IMG/VR virus record: IMGVR_UViG_3300046170_000446
Coordinates: 32,001-96,000 of that record
Strand: one strand, 5' to 3'
DNA from: a virus
Length of the DNA stretch: 64,000 nucleotides
In this document: positions 9,808 to 18,748 of the stretch, one piece after another
How positions within the stretch are numbered: the stretch's first letter is position 1
Layout of the letters: every line of letters begins with the position of its first letter
Made by a program: the position numbers and the translations under genes
Notes under the pieces: generated by a model
What the model was told of the DNA's origin: nothing
Databases searched by the model: none
The model's input: the letters and a program-made list of their open reading frames with translations, nothing else

Positions 9808-9915
9808 AATAACTGATAAATACTCTGACCTAATATTAACGAGTATTACTCACAGAGCTTATTTCACATTACACTTGCTCTCTGAACAGGGAGTATCAGC
9901 GAAAGGTTTAATCCT

Positions 9916-10587
9916 ATGGCTATGCTTGGACAGGCAAGTGGTGGTTTCACAGAGTCTTCATCTTCATTGCGTCTTCTTCACGTCGGTGTCCGTAACACCG
10001 TCGGTGTTTTGACTGATGATGCGTTTACTCAGACGAACCCACCCGTCGTTAGTACCGCAGGTACTGTCTCAGATAACGTCCCCACCACCGTACTTGGTGT
10101 TCTTGGTGGCTCAGTTGCTTTCTCACGTCCTGACGCAGGTTCAAACTTCGTCGGTGGCAACGTAGAAGGTCTTGCTGTCGCTACTCAAGAGACTTTTGTA
10201 CGTCCTCTTGGTGTCTTTCTTAACAACGCGAATGGTCGCCCATTCGAGAACCTTCCTGCTCAGGCGAGCGGTAAAGGCCCTTACGTTTCTGCGCAGGGTA
10301 CTTACGCAAACTCTCTCTTTGAGACTCAGGCTCTCGACACTGACGGTGCGAACGTCGCTCAAGGCGCTGACCTCACCTACACCGTAGGTGCAGAGCTCAT
10401 CGCTTCTCGTAACGGCTACCTCATGCCTCGTAACACCATCGACTCAGCAGGCGCTGTCGCATCTATCGACATCGCGGCTATTTCGGCTGAGGTTGAGCAT
10501 GGTCGTACTGCTTCTACCACCATCGGTATCCTTAAGATGCCTGCTGACTCGACTCAAAACGAGTTGGTCTACGACCAGCGCATTTAA
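9916..10587 (+). CDS. Head decoration / capsid cement protein
   Basis: Small, Gly/Ala/Thr-rich, beta-type protein directly before the capsid gene; high-expression codon bias; PLGVF...GKGPY...G.Y pattern. Confidence 0.65.
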   Translation: MAMLGQASGGFTESSSSLRLLHVGVRNTVGVLTDDAFTQTNPPVVSTAGTVSDNVPTTVLGVLGGSVAFSRPDAGSNFVGGNVEGLAVATQETFVRPLGVFLNNANGRPFENLPAQASGKGPYVSAQGTYANSLFETQALDTDGANVAQGADLTYTVGAELIASRNGYLMPRNTIDSAGAVASIDIAAISAEVEHGRTASTTIGILKMPADSTQNELVYDQRI

Positions 10588-10602
10588 TAGGAGGACAGTA
10601 AC

Positions 10603-11481
10603 ATGAGCGCACCAGTAACTAACGCAGTTAAATCTAAGATTATCAGCGATTACATTAAGACTCCGCAGGGTCGTGCGAAGCTCGCCGCTTCAATGACTCA
10701 GCCACTTCGTACTCGCCGTGACTATAGCTCTGTCGGACGTAAGACTTTCTTGGTCGAGCAACTCCCTGACGGCGCACTTCCGATCTACGACAAAGACCCT
10801 GACGTGACCGCGTTCGTGGTTGGTGAAGAGGGCGAGAACATTCTTGCTATCACCAAGCCACGTCGTGTGATCTTCCCTCTTTTCGAGATCGCATCAAACC
10901 CTGAGATCCCTCTCACGCAGATTAAAGAGCGCCGTTTCGACCTCATCGAGCGTGCTCAGGATCTCGCTCGCGCACAGATCCAGGCGGCAGAGGACGAGCG
11001 CGTCTTCAGCATCCTCGATGCTATCGCGACTGAGGGCTTTGACAGCCTCCCAGGTGGTACTAACGCAGACATCCCTGTCGTTGCACCTATCAGTGGGTCT
11101 GTTCTTGCTGACGCATACAGCCTCATCGAGCGCCACGATCTCCGTGTTGCACGCGTCTTCATGAACGCACGCGATTACGCAGACGTTCGTAAGTTTGGTC
11201 GCGACATTCTCGACATCGAGTCTCAGGCAACTCTCCTCAAGACTGGTCTTCAGGCTAGCCTTTGGGGTGCTCAGATCATCACTAGCCGTATCGTACCTGT
11301 TGGTACTGTTTACGTCTGCTGTGAGCCTGAGATGTTCGGTCGCATCCCTGTCCGTACTGAGCTTACTGTCCTCAGCGCAGATGACCCTAAGGCTCGTACT
11401 GTCGGTTTCTCTTGCTTCGAGAACCTCGGTATCGGTGCATTCAACCCTCGCGGGCTCGTTCGCCTCACTATCACTCGCTAA
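10603..11481 (+). CDS. mcp: Major capsid protein (HK97 fold)
   Basis: 292 aa; RDYSSVGRK, FEIASNPEI, AQIQAAEDER, FMNARDYADVRK, LWGAQIITSR and GFSCFENLGIGAFNP; strong codon bias; followed by a terminator. Confidence 0.85.
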   Translation: MSAPVTNAVKSKIISDYIKTPQGRAKLAASMTQPLRTRRDYSSVGRKTFLVEQLPDGALPIYDKDPDVTAFVVGEEGENILAITKPRRVIFPLFEIASNPEIPLTQIKERRFDLIERAQDLARAQIQAAEDERVFSILDAIATEGFDSLPGGTNADIPVVAPISGSVLADAYSLIERHDLRVARVFMNARDYADVRKFGRDILDIESQATLLKTGLQASLWGAQIITSRIVPVGTVYVCCEPEMFGRIPVRTELTVLSADDPKARTVGFSCFENLGIGAFNPRGLVRLTITR

Positions 11482-11537
11482 TATTAACAGCTTGTGATTA
11501 GGCGCTCTCCTTAGGGAAGCGCATAAGGGTTAAGAAG

Positions 11538-11571
11538 AAACCCTGTCTCTCTCTGAGGGGCAGGGTTTTTT
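11538..11571 (+). terminator. Rho-independent terminator after the capsid gene
   Basis: AAACCCTGTCTC...GAGGGGCAGGGTTTTTT. Confidence 0.75.
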
Positions 11572-11623
11572 CGTTTTTCCAACCATATTAAAAGTCCTGT
11601 AGGTTAAACGAAAGGACACCACT

Positions 11624-12151
11624 ATGATGAGGATCTTAGCCCTATTAATACTCTCTCTCCCTATTAGCTCTTATGCTAATGACCACAACCCTTGGGAAGT
11701 GAGCTTAGGCACTACTCAAATGTTCTTTGGGTGGTATGGTGAGGACTCCTCTCAAGTGCCTACCTCCTCTGCTACTCTAATCTTATCGAGAGAGCTTATC
11801 GGAGGTCTTTCCGCATGGGGAGTATTCAACTTGCCTCTAACTCCTAACAAAAGAGTTACCGCAGAGGGTGTGATTGAGGACACCATTACACTGCCTACCC
11901 TAATGTTAGGTCTAAGCTATGAGGCTCTGAGTTATCAATACGACGAGCGCAAAAGAATAGGCTTAGACGCAGGGCTTTCTGTAGGAAGACCGCTAACTCT
12001 AAAGGGTCAAGTGTTCCCTGTAGGGGCTTTTCGCCTCAAGCTCGTTAAAGATAACGAGAACACTGTCTACGTAGGGTTGACCACCTCACCTTACAACCCT
12101 GAAGGTGATTTGGTTTGGGGACTAATCTACGGAATGGGTACTAAATTTTAA
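11624..12151 (+). CDS. Secreted, probably outer-membrane beta-barrel protein
   Basis: Signal peptide (ILALLILSLPISSYA), alternating beta-strands, C-terminal aromatic YGMGTKF. Confidence 0.55.
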   Translation: MMRILALLILSLPISSYANDHNPWEVSLGTTQMFFGWYGEDSSQVPTSSATLILSRELIGGLSAWGVFNLPLTPNKRVTAEGVIEDTITLPTLMLGLSYEALSYQYDERKRIGLDAGLSVGRPLTLKGQVFPVGAFRLKLVKDNENTVYVGLTTSPYNPEGDLVWGLIYGMGTKF

Positions 12152-13174
12152 AGTCCACAGGTGCTCTCTAAAAGCACTCTAGCTACCTCATAAGGGTCAG
12201 CGTTAGCGTTAGGTCGCCTGTCTTCTAAATACCCACAACCTGCGTCATAAACATTAGCAGGGATACGAACAGAAGCGGTGCGGTCTGACACTCCCCACTT
12301 AAACTCGTCGTAGCGACACGTCTCATGGTGGCCTGTAAGTCGGATTTCGTACCCTGCGCCGTACACATCTAAGTGCTCTTGTACGCGACCGCTAATCTTA
12401 AACAGTGCGTCCTCGATATGTGTCATCCCGTTTTCTTGCCTCATAGCTTCAGTAGAGAAGTTAGTGTGCATACCCGCGCCGTTCCAATCACCAGGTACAG
12501 GCTTAGGGTCTAAGGTTGCAGAGAGCCCGTAATCTTCACCCAAGCGGTATAATAACCAACGTGCTATCCACAGATCATCACTTGCCCTGAGCGCATCTCC
12601 TTCAGGGCCTCCGATTTGAAACTCCCACTGTCCAGGCATGACCTCAGCATTAATGCCTGTTAACATTAGGTCTGCCTCTAAGCAAACTTTCATGTGATGC
12701 TCTACGAGAGCTCGACCGTACACCTCATCAGCGCCTACTCCACAATAATAAGGGCCTTGCTCAGCGGGAAAACGTCTCTCTGAAGGGAAGCCCAACGGAC
12801 GAGAGCCTTTATAGAGAGTGTACTCTTGCTCGAAGCCGAACCAAGCCTTTTCTTTATCTGCTCCGTTAGACAAGACCTCTCTTAAGAGCGCCCTTGTGTT
12901 GGTAGAGTGAGGTTTCTTATCTGCCCCATAGACTTCGCACATTAAGAGGATAGCTCCTTCTCCCCTAATAGGGTCTTTATATGCTCTCACGGGCTTCAAG
13001 ATGCAATCTGAGCTCCCTCCCTCCGCCTGTGAGGTAGAAGACCCATCAAACTGCCACTCAGGGAGGTTTACCGCTAGAGGGACGACCTCACCCCCCGATG
13101 ATCTTTGTCTTAGAACGTAATCTAGCGGTAGGCTTAGATCCGTCAACCCATATGTATTCAACTGCTCTTTTCAT
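12148..13174 (-). CDS. glnII: Glutamine synthetase type II (one extra base at 13091-13096; true start ATG 13174)
   Basis: EYIWVDG..LRSKTK (in the upstream frame), PEWQFDGSST, WFGFEQEY, QGPYYCGVG, GINAEVMPGQWEFQ, DWNGAGMHTNFST, YLEDRRP. Confidence 0.93.
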
Positions 13175-13251
13175 TAATGCCTCGTTTTTTTCTTATCCTT
13201 TGAACCTTGTAGTAACCTATGCCCCTACTCTACGGGAGGGAAAATATTATT

Positions 13252-13575
13252 ATGGATTTTCACGTAAGATTAGCAAGACTTAATGAGAGGCTAGAAACCC
13301 TTCAAGAAGGCTTAAACGGTAGAACCGCAGGCTTTCCCTCTAGTTTTGAAAAGTTGGTAAGAGGTAGAGTCGAGAACCCTCGGAAGCGACAAAGGATTAT
13401 GGCGTTGAAAGCTCGCCTCGATAATGGGGATTACTCAGGATCATTTGAGAGACGAGAGATCCACCTTGAGATCCAGCATCTTCTTCTCCCCCCAAAAGAT
13501 CATTACAAGGCAAAGATGACCTCACCAAGACCCTCACGTCAAGGATATGCGAATGTTTATAAGCGAAATCAATAA
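13252..13575 (+). CDS. Hypothetical protein with coiled leader (VRLARLNERLE...GRTAG)
   Basis: RBS GGAGGG before ATG 13252. Confidence 0.6.
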   Translation: MDFHVRLARLNERLETLQEGLNGRTAGFPSSFEKLVRGRVENPRKRQRIMALKARLDNGDYSGSFERREIHLEIQHLLLPPKDHYKAKMTSPRPSRQGYANVYKRNQ

Positions 13576-13630
13576 GATATCTATTTACCTTTCTTAATAT
13601 AAAAACCTCCAACTTAAAAGGAGCTCAGTT

Positions 13631-14074
13631 ATGAGTTTTGAACGACGTATCGCAAGTCTACAAATCCGCCTCGCAAGCCTAAAGTCTAACCTCTCAGGTG
13701 TTGGTAAGATGCACTACTGCCAGTTGCCCAATGGAAGCAGACTCGGCGTTATGGCACTCCAAGGCGCTGGTCAATTGAGACTCGGCTTCCAATATGGGAA
13801 TGGCGCTTACTCACATCAAGACACTGTTTCTAATCTCAGAGACTGTCTGAAAGATATGAAGAGAGACGGAGCGCTCGCCTCACTTGGAAAAGAATACCGA
13901 GGCCCGATGTGCTCATTCTTGCTCCCTAATGGACAACAGTTTGGGATGTATGTAATTTGCGGTCGTATGGGCGATTGCCGTCTCGGTTTCCAGTGTGGCA
14001 ATGGCTCATACTCACACCTTGGCACTCTTGAAGACATGAGAGCAATCATCGACGACGGTATCCTAGACCACTAA
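13631..14074 (+). CDS. Protein with a leader peptide and two ~55-aa internal repeats
   Basis: LPNG...RLGFQxGNGxYSHxxT occurs twice; RBS AGGAG. Confidence 0.7.
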   Translation: MSFERRIASLQIRLASLKSNLSGVGKMHYCQLPNGSRLGVMALQGAGQLRLGFQYGNGAYSHQDTVSNLRDCLKDMKRDGALASLGKEYRGPMCSFLLPNGQQFGMYVICGRMGDCRLGFQCGNGSYSHLGTLEDMRAIIDDGILDH

Positions 14075-14151
14075 GAAAAATACCGTTCCCCTTAAAAGCC
14101 TATAAAGTCTTCTCCATAGCGTCCTAATTCTATACGTAAGGCGGTGTGGAG

Positions 14152-15049
14152 ATGACTCATAAGATACATAAGCAGAGCTGTGTCATCGCGGTAAGCGAAA
14201 AAGAAGACAAGCCTATCCTCTTTAAGATTAGAGATCGCAAATACGTCCCTAAACTAAGAGTCTACCATGAGCTTGTGAACGGTGTAGAAGTCCTATACGT
14301 CAAAGACGAGATCACCGCATGGATAGAGGGCATTAACGAGTATGGTATCGGTGTGATTAACTCCGCCCTACTCGTTAAGCGTGACGAGAACGAACATCTC
14401 AACCCTATCCGAAGAAAACGGCAAGGTAGGGTAATGTCTAGAGACGGCAACCGAGTTTTAAAGATACTCGCTAGCCGTAATATTGAAGAAGCCCTAGACA
14501 TGACACTCAAATATGATGACGGGATCAAAGGACACACCTTCATCTCTGACGGCACAACCACGTATGCAGTAGAGCACACTAGTAAACTCAAGCCTAAGCA
14601 CCGTAAGCTCAGAGGTAAAGCCACCCATGTGCGCACCAATCACGGGCTACTCTACCCCTGGAGCGGGCTACTCAGGAGGCGCACCTCTTGAGTCTTCTGT
14701 ACAGCGTAAGAAAATGGTTGAGCGCGTACTCAGGAAGTCTGAGAAGATTAAAGACATTAGCCCTGACCTCTTTAACGAGAGCTTAAAGTCTAAGCAAAAC
14801 TTTAACTCTGCTGTGCGTAAAGGTAAGGGGGAGATGTTCACCTCCTCCCTCATGGCGATCAACCTTAAAGAGCTTAAAATTATGCTCTACATATTAGAAG
14901 ACAAAGGCGACTACCTCGGATACCGAAATCACATCAACGGGCAGACTAAATGCACCTTTGATGTGTATCGGTTCAACAAGAAAAACAAGATAGAGAGGCT
15001 AGGTAACAAGCCTGATCAGTTTGTCGAAGACGTGCCTAAAGATATGTAG
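14152..15049 (+). CDS. Ntn-hydrolase (C45 / choloylglycine-hydrolase-like), split by an extra C at 14655-14658
   Basis: S-CVIAV nucleophile, KIRDR.Y.P, EGINEYGIGVINSAL and RTNHG motifs; removing one C joins ORFs 14146-14691 and 14627-15049 as HGLLYPGAGY. Confidence 0.7.
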
Positions 15050-15059
15050 CCTAACGCTC

Positions 15060-15084
15060 TAATCTTTTTATGAGCTTCATTAAG
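15060..15084 (+). promoter_or_regulatory. Putative late promoter TAATCTTTT..T-N-TCATTAA
   Basis: Same bipartite motif upstream of the genes starting at 45179 and 46089. Confidence 0.5.
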
Positions 15085-15118
15085 TTAGAAAACACCATAT
15101 GCAAAGAGGTACAGGATT

Positions 15119-16060
15119 ATGAAGAAAGTCGCCGCTAGTAAACTAAGGAAGATAGCTAAAGCGAGCAGAGAAGTAGGTGCTTCAGACGTTGAACATCTCG
15201 CTCTCTTCGCTTTAGGGGAGATCGGCACTACAGACGGGCTCTCTAAGCACGCAAGTTCTAATCTTATCGCGGGCATTAAAATAAAGATGCTCGATGGGAT
15301 TGCTAAGTTTAGTATGAAGGCATCTAAGTTTTCTCAGGAAGACCCTACGGTTAAAAAGATTAGAGATTTCATCCACAAAGAGAAGCTCGTAAGTCGGATC
15401 TACCATTCAGTTCACAGCAAAGCCTATGACAAAATGGAGCAACCTTCAAACTGGGTAGAGAAGCGCATTAAGAAGTACCTAATGAGCATGACCTCCACTT
15501 CTGATCTCCTCCGAGCTTGTGCATCTCTCATCTCAGCACGAAACATAGAAGAGCTCTCAGAGTCTATCGGTGTTAGCTCACTTACGCTAAAAAAACACCT
15601 AGACCCTAATCTCGACACTCAGAGCAAGTTTAAGAAGTACACTCCTGCGGTAATAGAGCACGCAATTGATTACTTCGCCGTTGTCAAAGACGCTCAGATC
15701 TTCGGTGTGAAACTTGCGATCATCCTCTTTAAAGGGATGGTCGTCGGAGGTATCTACGCGCTTTTCACAGGTAAGGCAATGTCTGTAGTGCTTGCAGGAG
15801 TCGGCGTGACTTTTGGATGGTTCTTAGCAGGGGTCGTCTTAGGTCTTTTATTTACGAGCCATAAGAGCACCGCGTCGTTCCTTAGGAAGTCAGGAGTATT
15901 TTTTGGGCTCATACCTCTAGCTATCTTAAATGACCTAGTTTCCTTCATAGGATGGTCGAAAGAAAAAATCGCTGGTATTATGCGGGCTATCTCAGGGCGC
16001 TTGGCTGAGGCTAAAGCGAACCTAACTCAGTCAGAAAGCCAGTCTCAATACGCTTATTAA
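15119..16060 (+). CDS. Helical protein with a C-terminal hydrophobic hairpin
   Basis: Two to three TM-like segments near the C-terminus; N-terminal KVAAS/KHAS sites; architecture like the 45-48 kb paralogs. Confidence 0.6.
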   Translation: MKKVAASKLRKIAKASREVGASDVEHLALFALGEIGTTDGLSKHASSNLIAGIKIKMLDGIAKFSMKASKFSQEDPTVKKIRDFIHKEKLVSRIYHSVHSKAYDKMEQPSNWVEKRIKKYLMSMTSTSDLLRACASLISARNIEELSESIGVSSLTLKKHLDPNLDTQSKFKKYTPAVIEHAIDYFAVVKDAQIFGVKLAIILFKGMVVGGIYALFTGKAMSVVLAGVGVTFGWFLAGVVLGLLFTSHKSTASFLRKSGVFFGLIPLAILNDLVSFIGWSKEKIAGIMRAISGRLAEAKANLTQSESQSQYAY

Positions 16061-16959
16061 TAAGACGCCTTTTGTCTCATAGACTCACCTTTACGGTTGA
16101 ATACTTCAAAGCCGTCTAGATGAAAAACGACGAGGAAATCTAAGTCTTTTATTTCTCTCAGATAGCTGTTCGTCTTTACTGAGCCGTCTCGCATATATAA
16201 GTTGATTAAACTTTGAAAACGACTCGGAGGGGTTGCTCCTTCTGATCCAGAATTCTGCTCTTCTTCCGCTCTCATCTTCGCTATCTTACTTCTAAAAGAA
16301 GGCCCGATAACAAAGTTAAGAGGAGCATGGACGACCATACCTGAAGGCTCCCCTGACACATAACCGTGTCTTCTTGTCTGAATGTAAACACCGATACGAG
16401 ATCTCTTCGATGCGTTACCCATAGACTGACCGAAAGACTCTCTATGAATAACCTCCCCGTTACCTCCAGGTCTTTCCCCTACTAAGATAAAGTGTTCTAC
16501 GCCACCGCCATACTGCTCTAATAAGTTACGGAGTCTCGGTATATCTGCCTCTGTATAATGACCTTCGATCTCATCGAGGGTCGCTAAAGACCCTAAGAAC
16601 TGAAAAGCCATCCAGTTAGTAATCACGTCTTCGTTAGCGTAATGCTTTTCAAAAACGTCCTTGTCGAAACGATGGACACGTAGAAAAGACCGCCCTTTCC
16701 AAGTCCCGTCGATAGCAAAGGTCACCTTGTCTTCTTCGCTCGCTGACTTTACGAGGTATTGAAAAGCCACTCTCTTTGCAGAAGCAGTTTTCTTAGCAGG
16801 CTTGTTAGACCCTGAGCTGATTGAATACTGCTCTTGGCTATCAAGCCACTTTTGCTGATCTTCCTTACTCAAACCGTTAAACCACTTCTTAAACGCTTTT
16901 TTGTCGCCTTTAGCGAACCTTGCTGATCTTCTCATAATCTTAAACCTCTCTAAGAGCAT
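16057..16959 (-). CDS. Hypothetical protein with KKTASAKRVAFQYL and VKSAS motifs
   Basis: 300-aa ORF. Confidence 0.6.
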   Translation of the reverse strand: MLLERFKIMRRSARFAKGDKKAFKKWFNGLSKEDQQKWLDSQEQYSISSGSNKPAKKTASAKRVAFQYLVKSASEEDKVTFAIDGTWKGRSFLRVHRFDKDVFEKHYANEDVITNWMAFQFLGSLATLDEIEGHYTEADIPRLRNLLEQYGGGVEHFILVGERPGGNGEVIHRESFGQSMGNASKRSRIGVYIQTRRHGYVSGEPSGMVVHAPLNFVIGPSFRSKIAKMRAEEEQNSGSEGATPPSRFQSLINLYMRDGSVKTNSYLREIKDLDFLVVFHLDGFEVFNRKGESMRQKASY

Positions 16960-17013
16960 AATATACTCAGAGAGTATATAGGCTCTTTATACCTGTGCTC
17001 AGAGAGTCAAGAT

Positions 17014-17505
17014 ATGGTAAATAATCCTCCTAAAAAGGAAGGCCACAACAAGATGAAATGTCTAATCAGCGTCTTTAACCAAGAAGGCAAAATCGTATGG
17101 GTCTGTAACAGCGAAGTTGGTAGCCCTGTAAAGAACAATGTTAGCCGTGACCGATGCTGGAAGTACAACTGCAAAGGCCGAAGGCACATACCCCAAAAAG
17201 AAATCGACTTACTAACCGTAGACAGTCCTACGGAGTGTCTAAGTAGGGAGTGTTCAAACAATCTACCTAGCAACAGGAAGAAGTTTTGCTCTACGGAGTG
17301 CAGGATCGTTGAAAACCGCGCTCGCCACAGAGACAAGAACAAAATAAAGCCCCGTAAAAGGCATCTCTTCTGCAATAATATTAAATGCCGAGAAGAGATG
17401 CCTAAAGACCGTTTCAAATACTGTAGCTTTGAATGTGAGCGCCTAGAGAACGCGAGACGCAAAAGGCAAAAGAGAGAAGACCTCAAGAAAGAAAACAGTC
17501 AATGA
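17014..17505 (+). CDS. Cys-rich Zn-binding protein (C..C...KFCSxEC repeats)
   Basis: KKFCSTECR and FKYCSFECER treble-clef-like repeats. Confidence 0.55.
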   Translation: MVNNPPKKEGHNKMKCLISVFNQEGKIVWVCNSEVGSPVKNNVSRDRCWKYNCKGRRHIPQKEIDLLTVDSPTECLSRECSNNLPSNRKKFCSTECRIVENRARHRDKNKIKPRKRHLFCNNIKCREEMPKDRFKYCSFECERLENARRKRQKREDLKKENSQ

Positions 17506-17900
17506 GACTTTAAAACGTAGACCTCTACATCAACATCGCCATTCCCATGCGTGGCTTTACGCACTGAGTATTGAAGAAGTTTCAACCTATTCCATTTGTA
17601 AAGAACCTCTTCAGTAGGCTTTTTCATTTGATACCCTCTCTCGAAGTTGTAAGTGCTCACCTTAACTAACCTTTTAAGACGGTCGTAGTAACACTTGTGT
17701 ATCTGTGAGTAAGGGACGATGTGCTCCATCTCTGTTTTTATGTGCCTTACTTCTTTTACAGGGAAGGTACAACCTTTCGATTTGGGTACAGACCAAACTA
17801 CAACCTTAGGTTCGTTTAAGCTGATTTCCGCCAACACAAAAATACTCATTGCTAATGAAAGCATTGAGAGAGCAGAAAATATACCCATTTCCATTTTCAT
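17499..17900 (-). CDS. Membrane-anchored hypothetical protein
   Basis: N-terminal hydrophobic helix. Confidence 0.55.
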   Translation of the reverse strand: MKMEMGIFSALSMLSLAMSIFVLAEISLNEPKVVVWSVPKSKGCTFPVKEVRHIKTEMEHIVPYSQIHKCYYDRLKRLVKVSTYNFERGYQMKKPTEEVLYKWNRLKLLQYSVRKATHGNGDVDVEVYVLKSH

Positions 17901-17919
17901 CGTTCACCACCTAATCGTT

Positions 17920-18096
17920 TTAGGTGAGCTGTCTTATTTTATCAGAGACAGCTTTATTCTCCACGGCTGATCCCTGAGTAGGCTCAGCCGTCTTTAGAGT
18001 CTCTACGATCTCTTTATAGAGAGCCTTAGCGAGTTTCTTAGTGTCAGGGTCACAGGGCTCCACTAAGAGCTTATACAGCTTATTCTCGTCCACCAT
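17920..18096 (-). CDS. Small hypothetical protein (58 aa, not in the ORF track)
   Basis: ATG after GAGGA; fills the gap between co-directional genes. Confidence 0.45.
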   Translation of the reverse strand: MVDENKLYKLLVEPCDPDTKKLAKALYKEIVETLKTAEPTQGSAVENKAVSDKIRQLT

Positions 18097-18358
18097 TTGA
18101 TTTCCTCTTCCGCACGTTTTCGTAAGTCCTGTCTCTGAGGCTATACCATTGGCGCTTAGTCATCAACTTACTCGCACATCTATTAGAAGAGGGAAAATCT
18201 GAAGACTTAATCTCCCCTATGCCGAAATAGGTAACTTTATCCCCATTCGCGCATAAAGTTACTCGCACCTCCCGCCTTGAGTCCATCAAGTAAAGCACTG
18301 TAAAAAATGAAATAACGACTACTAGGAAGTTAAGATTATCATTGTTCTTAAACTTCAA
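18080..18358 (-). CDS. Small membrane-anchored protein, paralog of 18355-18639
   Basis: TM helix followed by VxLC...YFG...C...MTKxxW. Confidence 0.55.
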   Translation of the reverse strand: MKFKNNDNLNFLVVVISFFTVLYLMDSRREVRVTLCANGDKVTYFGIGEIKSSDFPSSNRCASKLMTKRQWYSLRDRTYENVRKRKSNGGRE

Positions 18359-18639
18359 CGGACACCTCTAGGTCTTGGGAAACCTGGATAGGTTTGACCT
18401 AAAAGCCTTTTAATCTCAAACCATTCATTTTTTGTCATAACGTGCTCTTCACATTCAAAGTTTTTCATCTGAGGTAAAGACTTTGTGAGGTCGAAGTAAT
18501 CTCTCTCTCGCCCGATAAAATGATAGCCTGCTTCGCTGGGACACATCACGACAGTAATCTCCTGTGTGTAGTAAAAGTATGCTATTAAAGCAGAGACGGA
18601 GAGGATTAACACGACTCCTAAAAGGTTATCTAAGTCCAT
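18355..18639 (-). CDS. Small membrane-anchored protein
   Basis: TM helix followed by VVMC...HFIG...C...MTKNEW. Confidence 0.6.
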   Translation of the reverse strand: MDLDNLLGVVLILSVSALIAYFYYTQEITVVMCPSEAGYHFIGRERDYFDLTKSLPQMKNFECEEHVMTKNEWFEIKRLLGQTYPGFPRPRGVR

Positions 18640-18675
18640 TTTCTTTTTTCTTTATGCGTATGTGTGTGCAAAGGA

Positions 18676-18748
18676 TGGGCAGTCAGGGATTTGAACCCTG
18701 GATCGCTCGTTTATGAGACGAGAGCCTTAACCGCTTGGCTAACTGCCC
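18676..18748 (-). tRNA. tRNA with CAU anticodon (elongator Met or Ile2); CCA not encoded
   Basis: GGGCAGT/ACTGCCC acceptor stem, CTCGT-CTCATAA-ACGAG anticodon arm, GTTCAAATCC T-loop. Confidence 0.9.

Noticed and set aside
17007-17486. Minus-strand 159-aa ORF
   Set aside because: Antisense to the Cys-repeat ORF 17014-17505, which has the recognisable motifs.
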